A DNA stretch of 63,502 nt, filler included, from Circinaria calcarea (lineage: Eukaryota), in assembly GCA_051942165.1 (NCBI GenBank). It is 17 parts of 17 records of this genome, joined end to end, with 100 filler letters (N's around TTAATTAATTAA, not from the genome) between each part and the next. Parts side by side here need not be neighbours in the genome. Positions count along the whole stretch, not along the records: positions 11,258 to 14,906 come from JAVECS010002698.1; positions 15,007 to 18,651 come from JAVECS010002699.1; positions 18,752 to 22,396 come from JAVECS010002700.1; positions 22,497 to 26,139 come from JAVECS010002701.1; 13 more parts are not named here. One strand, written 5' to 3'. A model generated the notes under the pieces. That model was not told where the DNA came from, did not search any database, and saw only the letters and a list, made by a program, of their open reading frames with translations. How positions within the stretch are numbered: the stretch's first letter is position 1; every line of letters begins with the position of its first letter. Position numbers and translations under genes: made by a program. Shown here in pieces: positions 12,278 through 25,205 of the stretch.

Positions 12278-13086
12278 CAATTGATCCTTAACATGTATGT
12301 ACACCCGGTTTCAGTAGATGATACTTTGCAAGGGATTGCTAACGAAGGTATAGAGTACATAAACAATAATCGTGTGCCTTACAACCCGTCAGACCGCGTA
12401 TGCGGCTTACTGCTAATAGATCCCCCACATCCCTGCATCCCTGCACCATGGAACTCGTCCAGTTAGCGTCACGTCATCGAACGGTGGTCAAATTAAGCTT
12501 AAACGCGTTGGGGGAAGGCGCGAAGCTACTTTGGTAGTATCAAAAGCAAAACCCTCGAAAGTGTGGGGTTTTCTTTATCACAATCTTCAACTTCACTCCA
12601 CTTTACTTTTACCTTCGCGTCTGTTTCTCATCTCTCCTCATCTCACCCTCAACCTGCCAGGGTCAGACGTTCTCTACATCAATTCAGTGGGGCAATTTCT
12701 GTGTCCAATTGACGCATGTTTATCGAATGATATCTGCGCCGAGTCATCTACCTGACGCGCAGTTTCTATGGGATGCTCACTCCTGCCTCACTGGTGAATC
12801 AGACATTCACTACACCTCACTTCATTCACGCGTCAACCTCCAAGCGGGGCAGGGGAAGAGAGTGGATCATGAGCGTATATAATCCGCTTCCTCCACCTTG
12901 ATCCCAACCTCATAACTCATTTCGAGCCCCATACACTCGATCCCAAATTCCACATCACTTTCTGATTGCTCTGACCGATTCCGAGTCTCGAACACCGGCT
13001 TGTCCCTCACATAACCCATCTTCCGACAGGCTTAGTTGTCACTCTACTTTGATCTACAGACGTGCAAGCTGCCATTCCTTGAAGCA

Positions 13087-14906
13087 ATGGCATCGCCCCT
13101 GGATCCTCCGACTCCAAGGTCGCTTGGTGGACTTGCCGTAGACCCCTGGGATTGGACGGTCGAAGATGTCGTCACCGCTCTCTGTGATCCAACTGGCATG
13201 CTCAAATCCGTACGCCCGGAACCGACAAGCTTTGCAAAATGTCTTCGAGAAAACCAAATTGACGGGGCTGTCCTCCTCACGGGTGTTAACAGTGTTACCC
13301 TACGTAACGAGTTTGGTATTGGTGCACTCGGATCGCGAATTGCTGTTGAGAATGCTATTCTAAAGCTTCAAGCCGGCTCACAGCAGTGGCGAGAGCATAA
13401 AAAAATCGAGACCGTTGTATCTCGGATTTCTAACCAAGATCACGTCTCAGGGTACGCCACTCCGTATCAGACAGCCCCCCTTCAGTACACGACCCCAATG
13501 ATGCCAGCGTTGAACCGATACCTAATGGAGCCTCTCGACACTCCGGAGCGCATACAACGCTCAATCCCCGGGTATCACGTACTGGAGAACCCCAATACTC
13601 CTTCGCAGCATCAAGCCCTCAACGGACAGATTGGTGGTCTCTTGGATACTACGCAACCATCGCAGCTAGATCCTAATTTGCAGCAAGGCCGAAGACGTTC
13701 GCGGGGTGTTCTCCATTCTAGCCATCACGAAGCTCTTTTTCAGCAAGAAGAAGGTTATCATAGTTCTGGACTCACCCCTCCAGAGAGTCGAAAGAATCGC
13801 GCAACTTCTTCGGATGGCAGGAATGCTGAAGATCCAGTGGAGACAGTAGCAAGTCTTCGGCGCGGAGAAGCGTATGTCGTCGATGATTCGGGCAGAAAAA
13901 GGCGAAGGCTACAGCTTGATGCTCCCACTTCACCGAGAGCCCGCTCAAGATCACCAACCGAATTCAATCTGGTGGCAACTGTTGAAACACCGAAAGAAAC
14001 CAATGAACAACAACTCAGCAATGCGGAGTCCACTTTTTCGAATGAGAAAATGCCAGTGTCCAATCTCATGGCAAAGCATACTCATGTGGTTGAGGATGCC
14101 AGGTTTGCAATGATGGAACCTCCGGCTGAACTTGCCGTCAAGGTGCCGGAGCCAGGTGAGCTTGTGCTTAATCCCGAAGGTCGGAAGAGAATGCGGCCTA
14201 CATTGGTCTCACAGAAAGGTGATAGCGAGCAAGGCCTCGAAACCCTGTCAAGGCAAGTTGATTATACTGACTCTGGAAAACCTCCCGCCGCTCCGGCATT
14301 GGCTCCGGCAAAGGAGCAGTTAAGAACGATTTCTGGACGGTCTAAAGACACGCGGAAGCCGCATCAAGTTTATTTGGGCTCGAATCCCTTGCCGGTAGAT
14401 GAAGTCTTCTATGGTGAAACCCCTATGGATCAGGAAGTGAGATACGGATCTGAAGAGGAGACTATTTCTAGCTCGGATCTGCCTAGTCATTCTGAGGAGT
14501 TCGTCTTTCGATCCGACGGCGTTTATGGCACTGGTCAGCAAATCTATGTGAACAACCGTATCCAGCATTTCCTACTCGCGCGAGAAGTGACAACGGTGAG
14601 TCAAAGAGGGAATAGATTTACCAGCATTCTTCCATATCCTGCTAGGATTGCAAAGAGACATCAACCCTTGTCATTTACCTTACTCAGGAAGTCGGACTCT
14701 GGTATGATCGCACAACGAGCCAACAGATCTGAATGGTCTCAGTCACGTGGGACTGAAGACCACGCAACTAATCGCTCTTCCCCAGATGCCAATTCACAAA
14801 CGCAATATTTCGACGTCGATAGAAATGATTCTTTACTTAGGCACCTCGGCGAGAACGAGATTACTGACTGGGACTACCTTGAGAAGTGGAGGTTTCAGCA
14901 GAGCCC
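13087..14906 (+). CDS. SAM-domain-containing protein, 3' truncated
   Basis: N-terminal WTVEDV..ENQIDGAVLL..LRNEFGIGALGSR matches the SAM consensus, followed by a long low-complexity region; frame stays open to the contig end. Confidence 0.75.
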
Positions 14907-15006
14907 NNNNNNNNNNNNNNNNNNNNNNNNNNNNNNNNNNNNNNNNNNNNTTAATTAATTAANNNNNNNNNNNNNNNNNNNNNNNNNNNNNNNNNNNNNN
15001 NNNNNN

Positions 15007-15452
15007 CAAGACCGGGTCACAATTGGCGCATTGGTAGAAACTCCCACAGTCGTCCGGGTTGGGGAGGAGTGTGTCGCTGACTCTGCACGCCACTTCGCAC
15101 TTGCCGAGCTGTGCATCATCAGGCAGGCATACGGGCTTGTCGTCATCTAGGAGTGGACGTTGAGCAAAAGATCTCTGTGCTGGTCGATCACTCGTAGTGT
15201 GGCAGCAGGCAATCAAGCTCGAGTCGCTGTGGGCTTTAGTGAGATTTGGATTTGGCCAAATCAAGGGGCAGGATGGAGTAAATACCAGCGATAGATGTTT
15301 TGCTGAGCGGCCGTCTCAATACATGTATTGTAGCGCGCAAGGCAGCTTCTGGCACAACGGCGATGCACGCCGGATGCAGTTGTCACCAGTGAGGAGGCCG
15401 CGAGGGCGAGCAGAGAAGAAAGGAGGAGAGTGTGCTTGAGCAGCATGGTCAT
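15007..15452 (-). CDS. Secreted Cys-rich protein with CBM14-like (peritrophin-A/Avr4-like) chitin-binding module, 3' truncated
   Basis: Signal peptide MLLKHTLLLSSLLALAAS; intron GTATTT..CTAA..CACAG; C-terminal CRVSDTLLPNPDDCGSFYQCANCDPVL. Confidence 0.65.
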
Positions 15453-16339
15453 TGAAGTCGTATGAAGAGATAGCCTTCAAGCAGCAAGTGACAGATTACA
15501 ACCAGTGAGAAAGCCTTTCAATACCATCAGCTGTGGTAGGTCTGACAGTCGAAGAAACGAAGGGAGACTTTGAGCATCATATAAACGTGTGCACCCACTT
15601 CATGCGGGGCAACGCTATAGTACCTTAGTAAGCTTACTCGCGTCGAAATCGACCATTTGGATAAATTGCCCAGCCTCAGCTCATGAAATCAGCTTATGGA
15701 GACACCTCATGGCGCGACAAGATGCTCACCGCTGTCTCCTACGTACGAAGGAGTTCGTATTTTAGTCTTCCACTATGGGGCACCAAAATTTGGTGGGGAT
15801 TTTCGCTTAATTCCGCCCGCCCATAATCGAAGACTAAATACGAACTCCTTCGTATACGTTGAAGATAGGCTGTATATCGACGTGGGTGGATGGGAATGCG
15901 GATTAGATATACTGACTGCGTGAAGAAGCCAGAAGGCAGGGCTGAAAAGACTCCAAACATAATAATGCCTCTCCAGGTTTTGTTCATTCTCATGCTTCCT
16001 CGCACATGACGCTTTGCATGCCTTCACGACTCGCCAGTACGAGTACCGCAGTCTCCGGCGCAAAGGCTCACTACCGGAGTACAATAACATCGAGCTCATG
16101 ACGCCAAACCTAGAGAAAGGGACTTTCGACCTTGGGAGCCTAAGGCGTGGAAGATCAAGAGTATGAGAAAGATCAATAGTGTGACGATCTAGCAAGTGCC
16201 CCGCATCAGATTTAGCCTAATCATAAAGACACCGTTTCCTAGGTACTTCTGGTTCAACAAAGCTGACAGCGTGAAAGCGTACTGTCCCAAATTGTGCCGC
16301 TAGCTATGCCTGGCCTTTAAACTCATAGGCTGATCAGTC

Positions 16340-17550
16340 ATGGATCATCATCTACTTCCCAAGAACCCCAACATTGCCAGTAACCAAGGTATCCTACGTA
16401 TGCGCGGAAAGATATGACTTCGGCCCCTTTCTTACCTATTCCCACCGAATAGGTAAACCTTGGATGCCCGTTCGCACAAAAGACAAAACATGGGCGCTTT
16501 ACCTCGTATCGCCAAAAGGCGATGCCCCGACTACGACCCTGGCACAGAATCCCCACTGCAAATCTGACTTTTCTTCGGCTTACTATGTGAATACTTAGGA
16601 GAAATCTGTCGCGCAAAAGATTATATCGCTACACAAGTAGTAGGGAATGAAGGACTTGCATTCATATCAACCCACCAACTCTTGCCGTTGCTTGGAAAGG
16701 CCGGGATGGCCAATGATGAGAAGAGTCTCGAAGATAAGCGAAGGCGTTACGCGCATCTCGACGATTGTTCAAGGCTCAGTTCAGCGGTGGTAGAACAATC
16801 TGCCTATTGTTTGGATTTCGATTGGAGAATCGTGTTCTCCGTTGCTTCCGTATCTGAACTGCTTACACCCTTCGAAATGCCGGGCAAAAGTCAACCCCAT
16901 ATTATCAACTTGTAAGCCCCAACGTTTTGACTAGGGACTTTACGGAGAAGAGATCGGGGCGGGGATGTTGGGGGCTGACTGGTGTCCAAGCTGGATTGCA
17001 AGCGCCAGTTATAGCTATCGTTCCCTGCAGACCTTATACTTTCCGAGTATGACAGAAGTTTAAGATCGAGCGAGAGCACCAGCACTGCACATCAAGGCAA
17101 TGCGTGCTTTATTAGATCAACCATCATAACTACGTTCCCCGTCACACCGAATTGGACTGCAACTGCGAAAAACTATGCGCTGACGCTCAGACTGTACATG
17201 CTGTGTTGAGTACAGAACCAATGTCTCTCCTCAGGAAAGGCGCAATAGTAAGCATTGAGCGAGAAGAAGGAGGGTATTCTATAAGTTCACACCGCAAGCA
17301 TCAGATTGCTCGCTGGAGGATTACATTGTGTATGAGGCTGCAGAGAAAATGGTTCGGGAGCTCCGCGAAGATCCTCCTATGACCACTCTCGTTGAGCTTT
17401 CGGGTAGCGAGACAAAGCTTGGACTACAAAAGCGCTTTGGAAGCGTTAAGAGAGAAGGTTAGGATGATGGTACTCGAGTCACTAGTCACTAGAAAATGAC
17501 CCGGCTTTGGCCAATACTACACAGACTATGCGATACTTCTGCGCTAGTGG
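16340..17550 (+). pseudogene. HET-domain protein pseudogene (end approximate)
   Basis: MDH..P start, then frameshifted YVCAERYDFGPFLTY; LQI*LFFGLLCEYLG (W to stop at 16565); YVPRHTELDCNC. Multiple stops and frameshifts. Confidence 0.6.
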
Positions 17551-18393
17551 GAGACCGCCAGACTTCGAAGTGCTGTGGCATGTCGTTGGCGAACTGTGGT
17601 TTCACAGTTTCGTGGGGAGCTTGATACCAGCAGATCAGGAATGGTGTATCCAACATCTTATGGTGCTATGGACCCTGAGCTAAGAAATTCAAGCTTAAGT
17701 CAATCTACCCGAGGATCGGCACGTCTATCTTCTCTCTCATTGGTCACAGAGCAGGGGCTGAAACTTGTAAGCGCTTTCTCATGAGGCCATTGATTCTGCA
17801 TACCGTCACTCAAACAAGCCGCAGCTGTCCACTCGATCGGTTGCAGAATTGTACAGATCTGGTGGGCGCAGTCTGCAGCTAAGTTTCTTTTAGACCACTC
17901 AAGATTTACCATGTGCCACCATGGCGCATGAGGCTGGATGAGATCTTGTGCCATGCAAGATTCGCAGCATGCTGCGATGTGGTACCACATAAGGCTTTAT
18001 CTGCGGCCTCGAACTAAGGTCGCTGTGGATTATGAACATCTCCGCTGTCGAAGCGAGAGCTACAGCTGCGCCTTGCCACCAACCCAATGCAAGTGGACAT
18101 GCTTTAGGTATTTCTGGTGCAGTTTTCGCATTGATTTCACAGGAGACTGCTTGCTGAGGCTTTCTCACAACGCCATTTCGTGGCATAGCAAGGTGGTATT
18201 GATTCTCAGGCACTCATGTTGTTAATCTCTGCTGCTCATGTAGCTTTTCATATTAATCTGGTTCTGCTCTTTCCTTGTCGTCCACTCCTCGGAATCCTCT
18301 GGGGCTTGGTGAAGTTTTGGTTTTACGATTTAGTAGTATCTTCCCTGTGAGGCCATACTCAAGGTCTTAAGCTTTTTGCACTTTCGGCCAAGC

Positions 18394-18651
18394 ATGGAAC
18401 CTTTGATATCCCATCCAGCGGGAGGCGATCAGCACAGAGGAGATACCTTTCTCGCAGTATCGTTGTTTACCTATGTCTTAGTGTTGCTATCTGGAGGCCT
18501 TCGGCTAATAACTCGGGGATTCATTGTGCATCAGATGGGATGGGACGACTATACTATAGCTATGGCATTAGTAAGAATTCTGTTGGCGGATCCAAGCAAT
18601 TCCCTGACATCCAATTAGGTCCTAAGTACCATATCCACGGCCTTTAATGCC
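18394..18651 (+). CDS. PTH11-like fungal rhodopsin-domain membrane protein, 5' fragment
   Basis: GGDQHRG, a TM helix, then LRLITRGFIVHQMGWDDY, followed by a GTAAGA..CTGAC..TAG intron. Confidence 0.8.
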
Positions 18652-18751
18652 NNNNNNNNNNNNNNNNNNNNNNNNNNNNNNNNNNNNNNNNNNNNTTAAT
18701 TAATTAANNNNNNNNNNNNNNNNNNNNNNNNNNNNNNNNNNNNNNNNNNNN

Positions 18752-21206
18752 GCCATAGTAGCTGTAGCACCGGGGCCGGGAATAACTGCTGTACCACTCA
18801 AAAGACCATTGGGGCCAGAATGAAAGGGGGTGTTGTTGATGGTAACTATTGATCCATCAAATGTAAGGACTTTTCCACCATTGAGAGTAAAAACGGTAGT
18901 CTGAGCACCGCTGGCTGGAGCTGAGCTTGGCTCAAATATCGAGATAGTAGTAGAACCAACCACCAGTCCAGCAGGATCAAGGTGTACAGGAGTATTTCCA
19001 ATGGTAACGGTCACGCCCGAGGACAGAGGTGAGCCGTTAATCGCGACGCCCGTAGAATCAGCTACTATTGTCTGTCCGCCGATGATGATTAGATCTCGTG
19101 TTGCCGAGGGCATGACGGATATTGGAAAGGGGCCGGCACCGACGTTGACGGCATCGCTTGATGTCGGAGACACAAATGCGGTTTTGACCATAACGGGATC
19201 GGATCCCATAAACACAGTAGAACCTTCAATAAGTACTTCTGATGGATTACTCACTGTAATGACATGCCCTCCCACTGTTAGTATGAACGTTGATAGCTGG
19301 GATGGCAGAAGAAATGTGCTTGCGCCGACGAAAAGAACTCCGCTAGGAGCAAGAGAGACTGGCAGTCCACCACCATCACTTGGCATTGCAACTTTCGTAT
19401 TTATAGAGCCTCCAATGGTTACTCCGGGTGGATCACCAAGAGAATTGAATTGATCGTTAATGGTGACTACAGAGGCTGTCGGTTGGAAAGCTCCCGATTG
19501 CATTACTGGAACTGTGGCGACCGTTTGCGAAAACGAAGAGAGCTTGCTGCTACCGAATCCCATGGAAACGTCTGTCGTAGCTTGAGATGACTGCATTGGA
19601 TAGCCTCCGCCTCCTCCAAGAAAAGCACTCATGATTATTGCGCCGAGGCCTTGACTTAGTGATCCAGGGGATGGATCCACAGCGGATGTAGCTCCCACTA
19701 CGCCGTGAGAAGGAGTCGCCTGGGGTAAGTCACTATTCGCCGCGATGGTAGACGAACTGGCAGCCCCTCCGCCTGTCTGTACTGACTGTCCCGGGACTAG
19801 AGGAACTCCCATTGTTTTGGAATCCAAGGTGGTAGTACGTGTCTTGGGTGCGATAGGGGGAGGAGGCGAGCTAGGGCTTGCGGGTGTTGTGAGCGGAGGT
19901 GCATTCACCGTGGTGAAAGGAGGAATCGAGCCAAAACCGGCTGCAGGAACCAGAGCGTGGGGCGGGTCAATCCCTTGCCAGAGATCTTGACTGCACTTGT
20001 TGCTAGCCCAAAGAGGGTCATAATTAAGAAGCTGAGGGGGAAGTGAGATACGAGGTTTGTCCCCACATGTGACAGAATTGACATCGAAAGGTAAGGCAGA
20101 GACAGCAGGCCAACCTACAAAAGGCGCCCACAATGTCGACAGTTCTCCAGGAGCAAATCCAAGGGTGAAGTTGTCGTAATAACCACCAATGGCCCCACAC
20201 CGATTAGCTGCATATACGCTAGACAGTCCTACGTAGATAGATGGTGATGCACTATACGGAACGGTTAGCTTCGGATGCTGAATGTCCCACGATTGGAGGC
20301 AACACACAAGGTATACCCATTCATAACGGTAGTAGAGCCAGTACCCAGGGACTCAAGGCGAGCCTGCAGGTGAGGCTTCGTATCCCTGGGAGCCAACCGA
20401 GCAGACGACGTCGATCGGGTCTCCCAGCCTTTTGTACTTATGCAGCTCGAGCCGTCACTATTGTTCGCAGGGAAAAAGAAGACATCGACTTTCAGAAAAT
20501 GAAGTCCGCATTCTCCGCAACAGGCCTTCGGAGGTAGAGCTGTTCCGGGAGTAAAGTCATGGACTTTATAACATGCGGAAACATCCGCTAAGCTCAGGGC
20601 AAGTTCAATGGAGTTCTGACTTGCTGTATACACTGGGCAACGGCCACCACGGTACGCACAGACAAGAGCATTGGGTGGTACTCGAGTGTTAGGATTATCA
20701 ACCTCAGTCCAGGTTTCTGTGAGGACGGTACTTATATATGAATAGGTAAGGGCTGCCGTTCTGGTAGCAAATCCGTATGTTCTTGTGAAAGAGAGTGTTG
20801 TATGATCGTCTAGATAGCTTTCAATAATGACAGTTAGTAAAGGATGTCTATCGGTGCCGAGGGCCGTTAGTACGCTGTTATGCGTCGTATTGTCCCTGTT
20901 GATCTGCGTAACATCCTTATCCAACGACACAGCAGTAGAGCTTAGGGCAGACAAAAGAACTGTCTCGTAAGAACTCAATCCTGTTAGTGCTTCGGTGTTT
21001 GTGATTGAGGTAGGAATATTAATGGGAGACGCTGTCGAGTTTCGGAACGATCGCCCCATAGCATGTCCTAACAGCCCTATCATTCACATCACCGTTAGTC
21101 TACATGATATGCATTAGAGGGAAGGCTTTGGAGCGATTGGTAGAGACCAACCGTACATAACGAGCGTGACTAAAAGATAGTACATGGAGGGCGTAGCAAA
21201 GTTCAT
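18752..21206 (-). CDS. Large secreted/cell-surface Ser/Thr/Gly-rich protein with a Cys-rich domain, 3 exons, 3' truncated
   Basis: Hydrophobic N-terminus; CCGECGLHFLKVDVFFFP; SPSIYV..NRCGAIG; GIDPPHALVPA; repeated (I/V)T(I/V)GG-type units. Confidence 0.7.
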
Positions 21207-22059
21207 GTTTGGGACCAATATTAAAAGTGTTTAAGCTTGCTTGTTAAATGGAGGAGCAATTTGGGATGGTAATTAATATAGACTGAAGAGCGATTGTCCA
21301 GAACATGTATGCTTATTAGATGAGATCAAGTACTGTGCGATGCATAATAGAAGAGATAAATCTTAAAATAAATCCCGTAATAGTGGCTCACTTCCTGGCG
21401 CGGGCATGGATACAGGGGTTGAATAGCCAGTACTATAAAATTACACGATTTATTTTAAGATCCGTTTCTTCCATTATGCCTCGCATAGTAAGAGCCTAAC
21501 TTCGCCGCAGCGCAAAGCAGCAGCGCCAAGATGTAAGCGAAGCTAGCAAATCAATATGCCGGGCACCGCGGGTGTGTGGTACGGAGAGAAAACAGGTACC
21601 CGAGTCGCCCGGCTGCGGCATGTGCACCATGAAAGTCGTGACCTCCTGCACTAGCTTCATCAGCCTTGCGGCACAGTGACAGCTCTATGCATAGAATACG
21701 TAATGAATATTTCGGATATGCAGCAGTATCAAGAATGGCTCTCGTCTTGAATTACTATCCGGGTTCTCAACGCAACAGGTTCCGAACGTCAACTATGTAG
21801 AATATATAGGGTGCCAAGGCATGCTCAATCATCATCTCGACGTTAATATTTTCATCTCCTCTCTCAGGCTGATACATATCAGGCTTAGAAGATTTCATAT
21901 TATTAAATAATACGGAAGCGAAGATTTAAGGGTAAGTACTAAATCGCATTATGGACGCCGTCCATGAACCAAAGTGTTATGGCGCGACACCATACCCTGG
22001 CAGGCCGAGTGCCGGAACGGAGGAACTAGGGAACCGAGTGCTCCCGGGTGCTCCTAGTG

Positions 22060-22396
22060 CTTGATAATAATAAGCTTAATAAATTCGCGTAAATATATAA
22101 ATTATTATTAAAGAATTCTGGTATAATATTTCGCGAAAAAAATCTTTCTCGTTAAATTAACACCTCGTGACCTCGATGTATAATTTATTTATAGGGTTCG
22201 TAGGGGTTCTCGGGTAGAGTCTTTATATGTTTCTAATCTCCTTTTCAGATCGAGACACCGTCTCACTCACTCGTTCATTTTCATTTATTTAATTCTTATA
22301 AAATCCGTGTTTATTCGCTTTCCCTTTCGCTTCGGTTTCGGTTTCGGTGTCGCTTACGCTTACGCTTACCTTTAAACCCCCCCCCCTCTTTTCTTC
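22060..22396. repeat. AT-rich RIP-like/low-complexity tract with short (TTCGGT)n and (GCTTAC)n runs
   Basis: Strong TpA enrichment at the contig end. Confidence 0.45.
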
Positions 22397-22510
22397 NNNN
22401 NNNNNNNNNNNNNNNNNNNNNNNNNNNNNNNNNNNNNNNNTTAATTAATTAANNNNNNNNNNNNNNNNNNNNNNNNNNNNNNNNNNNNNNNNNNNNCAAG
22501 TTCTAATTAG

Positions 22511-24430
22511 CTTCAAGGAACCATATCGAATAGTAACGAATTGGGTGCTCTAAGCCCCGCATCAAGGCCTTACTCTAACGCCCTCCGGCACGCTATCGAA
22601 AGAGGGGACTTTGATTTCTGTCAACGTCTTCTCAATCAAGGCGTTGATCCTAGTAATTTCACTGACGAGTATAACGGCAACACTCCACTCTTAGTCGCTC
22701 TTCATCTGAAAGAGACGAGGATAGCACAGCTGCTCCTGGAACGAGGTGCCTCTACTTCTTGCTCGGCCTGCTATGCCTCCCACCAAGGATACGGTCCGTT
22801 ACATTATGCCGCAAGCTATGGCTTCATCGACATTTTGACTCTTGTTCTTCAGCGCGAGTCTGAATGTAGCATCGATGGTCCTGTTACGCCAATACATTTA
22901 GCTGCGGTCGCCGGCCACGAAGCGTGTTTAGAAGCGCTCCTTGATCATAGTCATAAGAGGAACCATACTAATTCACGGGTAATGGACGCTGTCATCAATC
23001 CTGATCAATTAAGTCATACATGGCGTCTATCAGATTCTGTGAACACTACTGAATGGAATGCATGTGGAACTGCATTACATCTTGGCTGTTTCTTTGGTCA
23101 AAGTAAATGCGTTGAGGCACTACTAGCACGGGACGCAGATATCGAAATTGTAAACAGTAATGGCCATACAGCATTCCAAGTTGCCATCCAGCAGCGGCAA
23201 CTACCATTGTTAAGGACGTTGTTACGAGCTGGGGCGAACCCTTACAGCCGAGACTTCTACGGCCATAACGCGTTACATCTAGCAGTCCAAGCCAGCGATT
23301 TCGAAGTTTTTGATGAGTTATGTGAGCTTGGGTTAGCTGTCGATAGGCCAAACTGTTATAGTTCTACCGCTTTACACCATGCAACAAGAAACGGCGATTT
23401 GGATATTGCCTTGAGTCTTGTGAACATGGGTCAGCGGATGAGTGCGGTCAATATTGAAGGAGTATCAGCAGCTGATGATGGCATCTCAAGCGACAGTGCA
23501 TCAATGAGATCGCTAGCTATAGATTTCACGGGAAGTTTTAAACCCAGATCGATCACACACGGAACTTTGCCTTTGCTCACGCAAGCTTGTGAAACACAAG
23601 ACCTCGTTTCTGCAAGAAAGATTGTGGATCGAGTTAACGGCTCAAAAGATACCGAGCTTCTAAATACTGCTACAGAGTGCGATCTTCCTCCTCTGCTTGA
23701 AGTGGCAATGGTAGGCAATCTCAAACTGGTTGAGTTGCTAGTGGACAACGGCGCATATATTGATTTGCATTGGAAAGACGAAGGCACGGCGCTGGGATTT
23801 GCCTGCGAAATGGGTCATCTTAGGATTGTAAAGTTTCTCGTGGAACGTGGAGCATCACTATCATGGGAGGAGGGCATAGGAACTAACGTTACTGCTATTC
23901 AAAAAGCTAAATACCACAGGCAGATTGTTGAGTGGCTTCGAAACCAGGAGTACGGTCCAAAAACGGAGGGCTACCTGGAGGTCCAAAAGCCGTCCCCCGT
24001 TTTGCGAGATAGGGGAGAGCAGCAAGCCTGTAGTCAAATGAATCTCCGCAAACGGGCATCTTTCGAGCTTGAATACGCACTCCGTCGTCAACCTATGGAT
24101 CCGGTTGACCTGCCAGATCTGAAGAACACCTTTGGGGGACAATCCAATCCAGACAGTCTCCCAGGAATCTTAAAGACCAACGCAGAGCGATCCCATAGCT
24201 CTAATTCTACTGCAACCAACGTCGACGTGACGACTAAACGACTCGTTAAAAACCCCGTTAGAACTGAAACAGAATTTGATGATGCTGGCTTCCGTAAAGA
24301 GAATGATATGTTCTTTCATCGCGCACATCAGAGACATGATATCGCTCTTCCCAGAAGATGGTTCCGCAGGCATGCTCTGAGACCTTTCGTTGGGAGGGAT
24401 GGGGAGGGAAAGCCATGGACGGTCTGGTGA
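22511..24430 (+). CDS. Ankyrin-repeat protein, terminal exon (5' truncated)
   Basis: Many ankyrin repeats (GNTPLLVA, GPLHYAA, TPIHLAA, GTALHLG, GHNALHLA, GTALGFAC); acceptor CTAAT..TAG ends at 22510. Confidence 0.88.
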   Translation, partial: LQGTISNSNELGALSPASRPYSNALRHAIERGDFDFCQRLLNQGVDPSNFTDEYNGNTPLLVALHLKETRIAQLLLERGASTSCSACYASHQGYGPLHYAASYGFIDILTLVLQRESECSIDGPVTPIHLAAVAGHEACLEALLDHSHKRNHTNSRVMDAVINPDQLSHTWRLSDSVNTTEWNACGTALHLGCFFGQSKCVEALLARDADIEIVNSNGHTAFQVAIQQRQLPLLRTLLRAGANPYSRDFYGHNALHLAVQASDFEVFDELCELGLAVDRPNCYSSTALHHATRNGDLDIALSLVNMGQRMSAVNIEGVSAADDGISSDSASMRSLAIDFTGSFKPRSITHGTLPLLTQACETQDLVSARKIVDRVNGSKDTELLNTATECDLPPLLEVAMVGNLKLVELLVDNGAYIDLHWKDEGTALGFACEMGHLRIVKFLVERGASLSWEEGIGTNVTAIQKAKYHRQIVEWLRNQEYGPKTEGYLEVQKPSPVLRDRGEQQACSQMNLRKRASFELEYALRRQPMDPVDLPDLKNTFGGQSNPDSLPGILKTNAERSHSSNSTATNVDVTTKRLVKNPVRTETEFDDAGFRKENDMFFHRAHQRHDIALPRRWFRRHALRPFVGRDGEGKPWTVW

Positions 24431-24761
24431 GAGAAGTTTTGGTTGTTGTTAAGAAGATTAGGTTGGAGAAAAGTAAACAGCTTGTCAAGACGTCAGGTCA
24501 ATTGTATCAGAGCGTCTTGGGGGTCGCCAGCGTATCAATTCTAAGGAAACAAAAGAAGAAAAGAAAGTCATACTCGCCTTCTCATCATCATGCTCAAAGC
24601 TCCACACTTCTCTCCTTGCTTCTTGCCGACTTATTCCGTTTATATGCTGTTGATATTGCTAAAGCTACAGAAAAGTCCGGACTTCTACAGAGGGCGACCA
24701 ATCGTGGTGGCAACCAAAGGCATATTATGGTCTACGAAGACACTAAGCCTATTTCCCTTTC

Positions 24762-24893
24762 CTTCCTCTTCCTCTTCCTCTTCCTCTTCCTCTTCCTCTT
24801 CCTCTTCCTCTTCCTCTTCCTCTTCCTCTTCCTCTTCCTCTTCCTCTTCCTCTTCCTCTTCCTCTTCCTCTTCCTCTTCCTCTTCCTCTTCCT
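24762..24893. repeat. (CTTCCT)n microsatellite, ~22 units
   Basis: Perfect hexamer run. Confidence 0.97.
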
Positions 24894-25205
24894 TAATAAA
24901 ACCAAAGTGTGGTGGAGCCGATGCGGCTAGACTGGAAAGCATGGATATTAACAGCTAAAGCAAGCACAGATTGGGATTTTCCATTCATGTCCACACAGAT
25001 GTTATGAGTAGAACGGACTAGAAGCACAGCAGTAGCATTGATATAGCTATTAATACATGCTAGAACACGTGCGGCTCAACAGGCTTTCTTTTTCTTTACG
25101 GACTTTTTACCTTGCAACCTTTTCTACACCCAGTGCAGTAAGTTTATCATTCTACTTATCCATGTTGAACATGCAATAATGTGTGGTGGTATTCATGCTA
25201 TGTAC

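Noticed and set aside
24358..24958. Poly-E, poly-S and (FL)n ORFs
   Set aside because: Translations of the (CTTCCT)n microsatellite.
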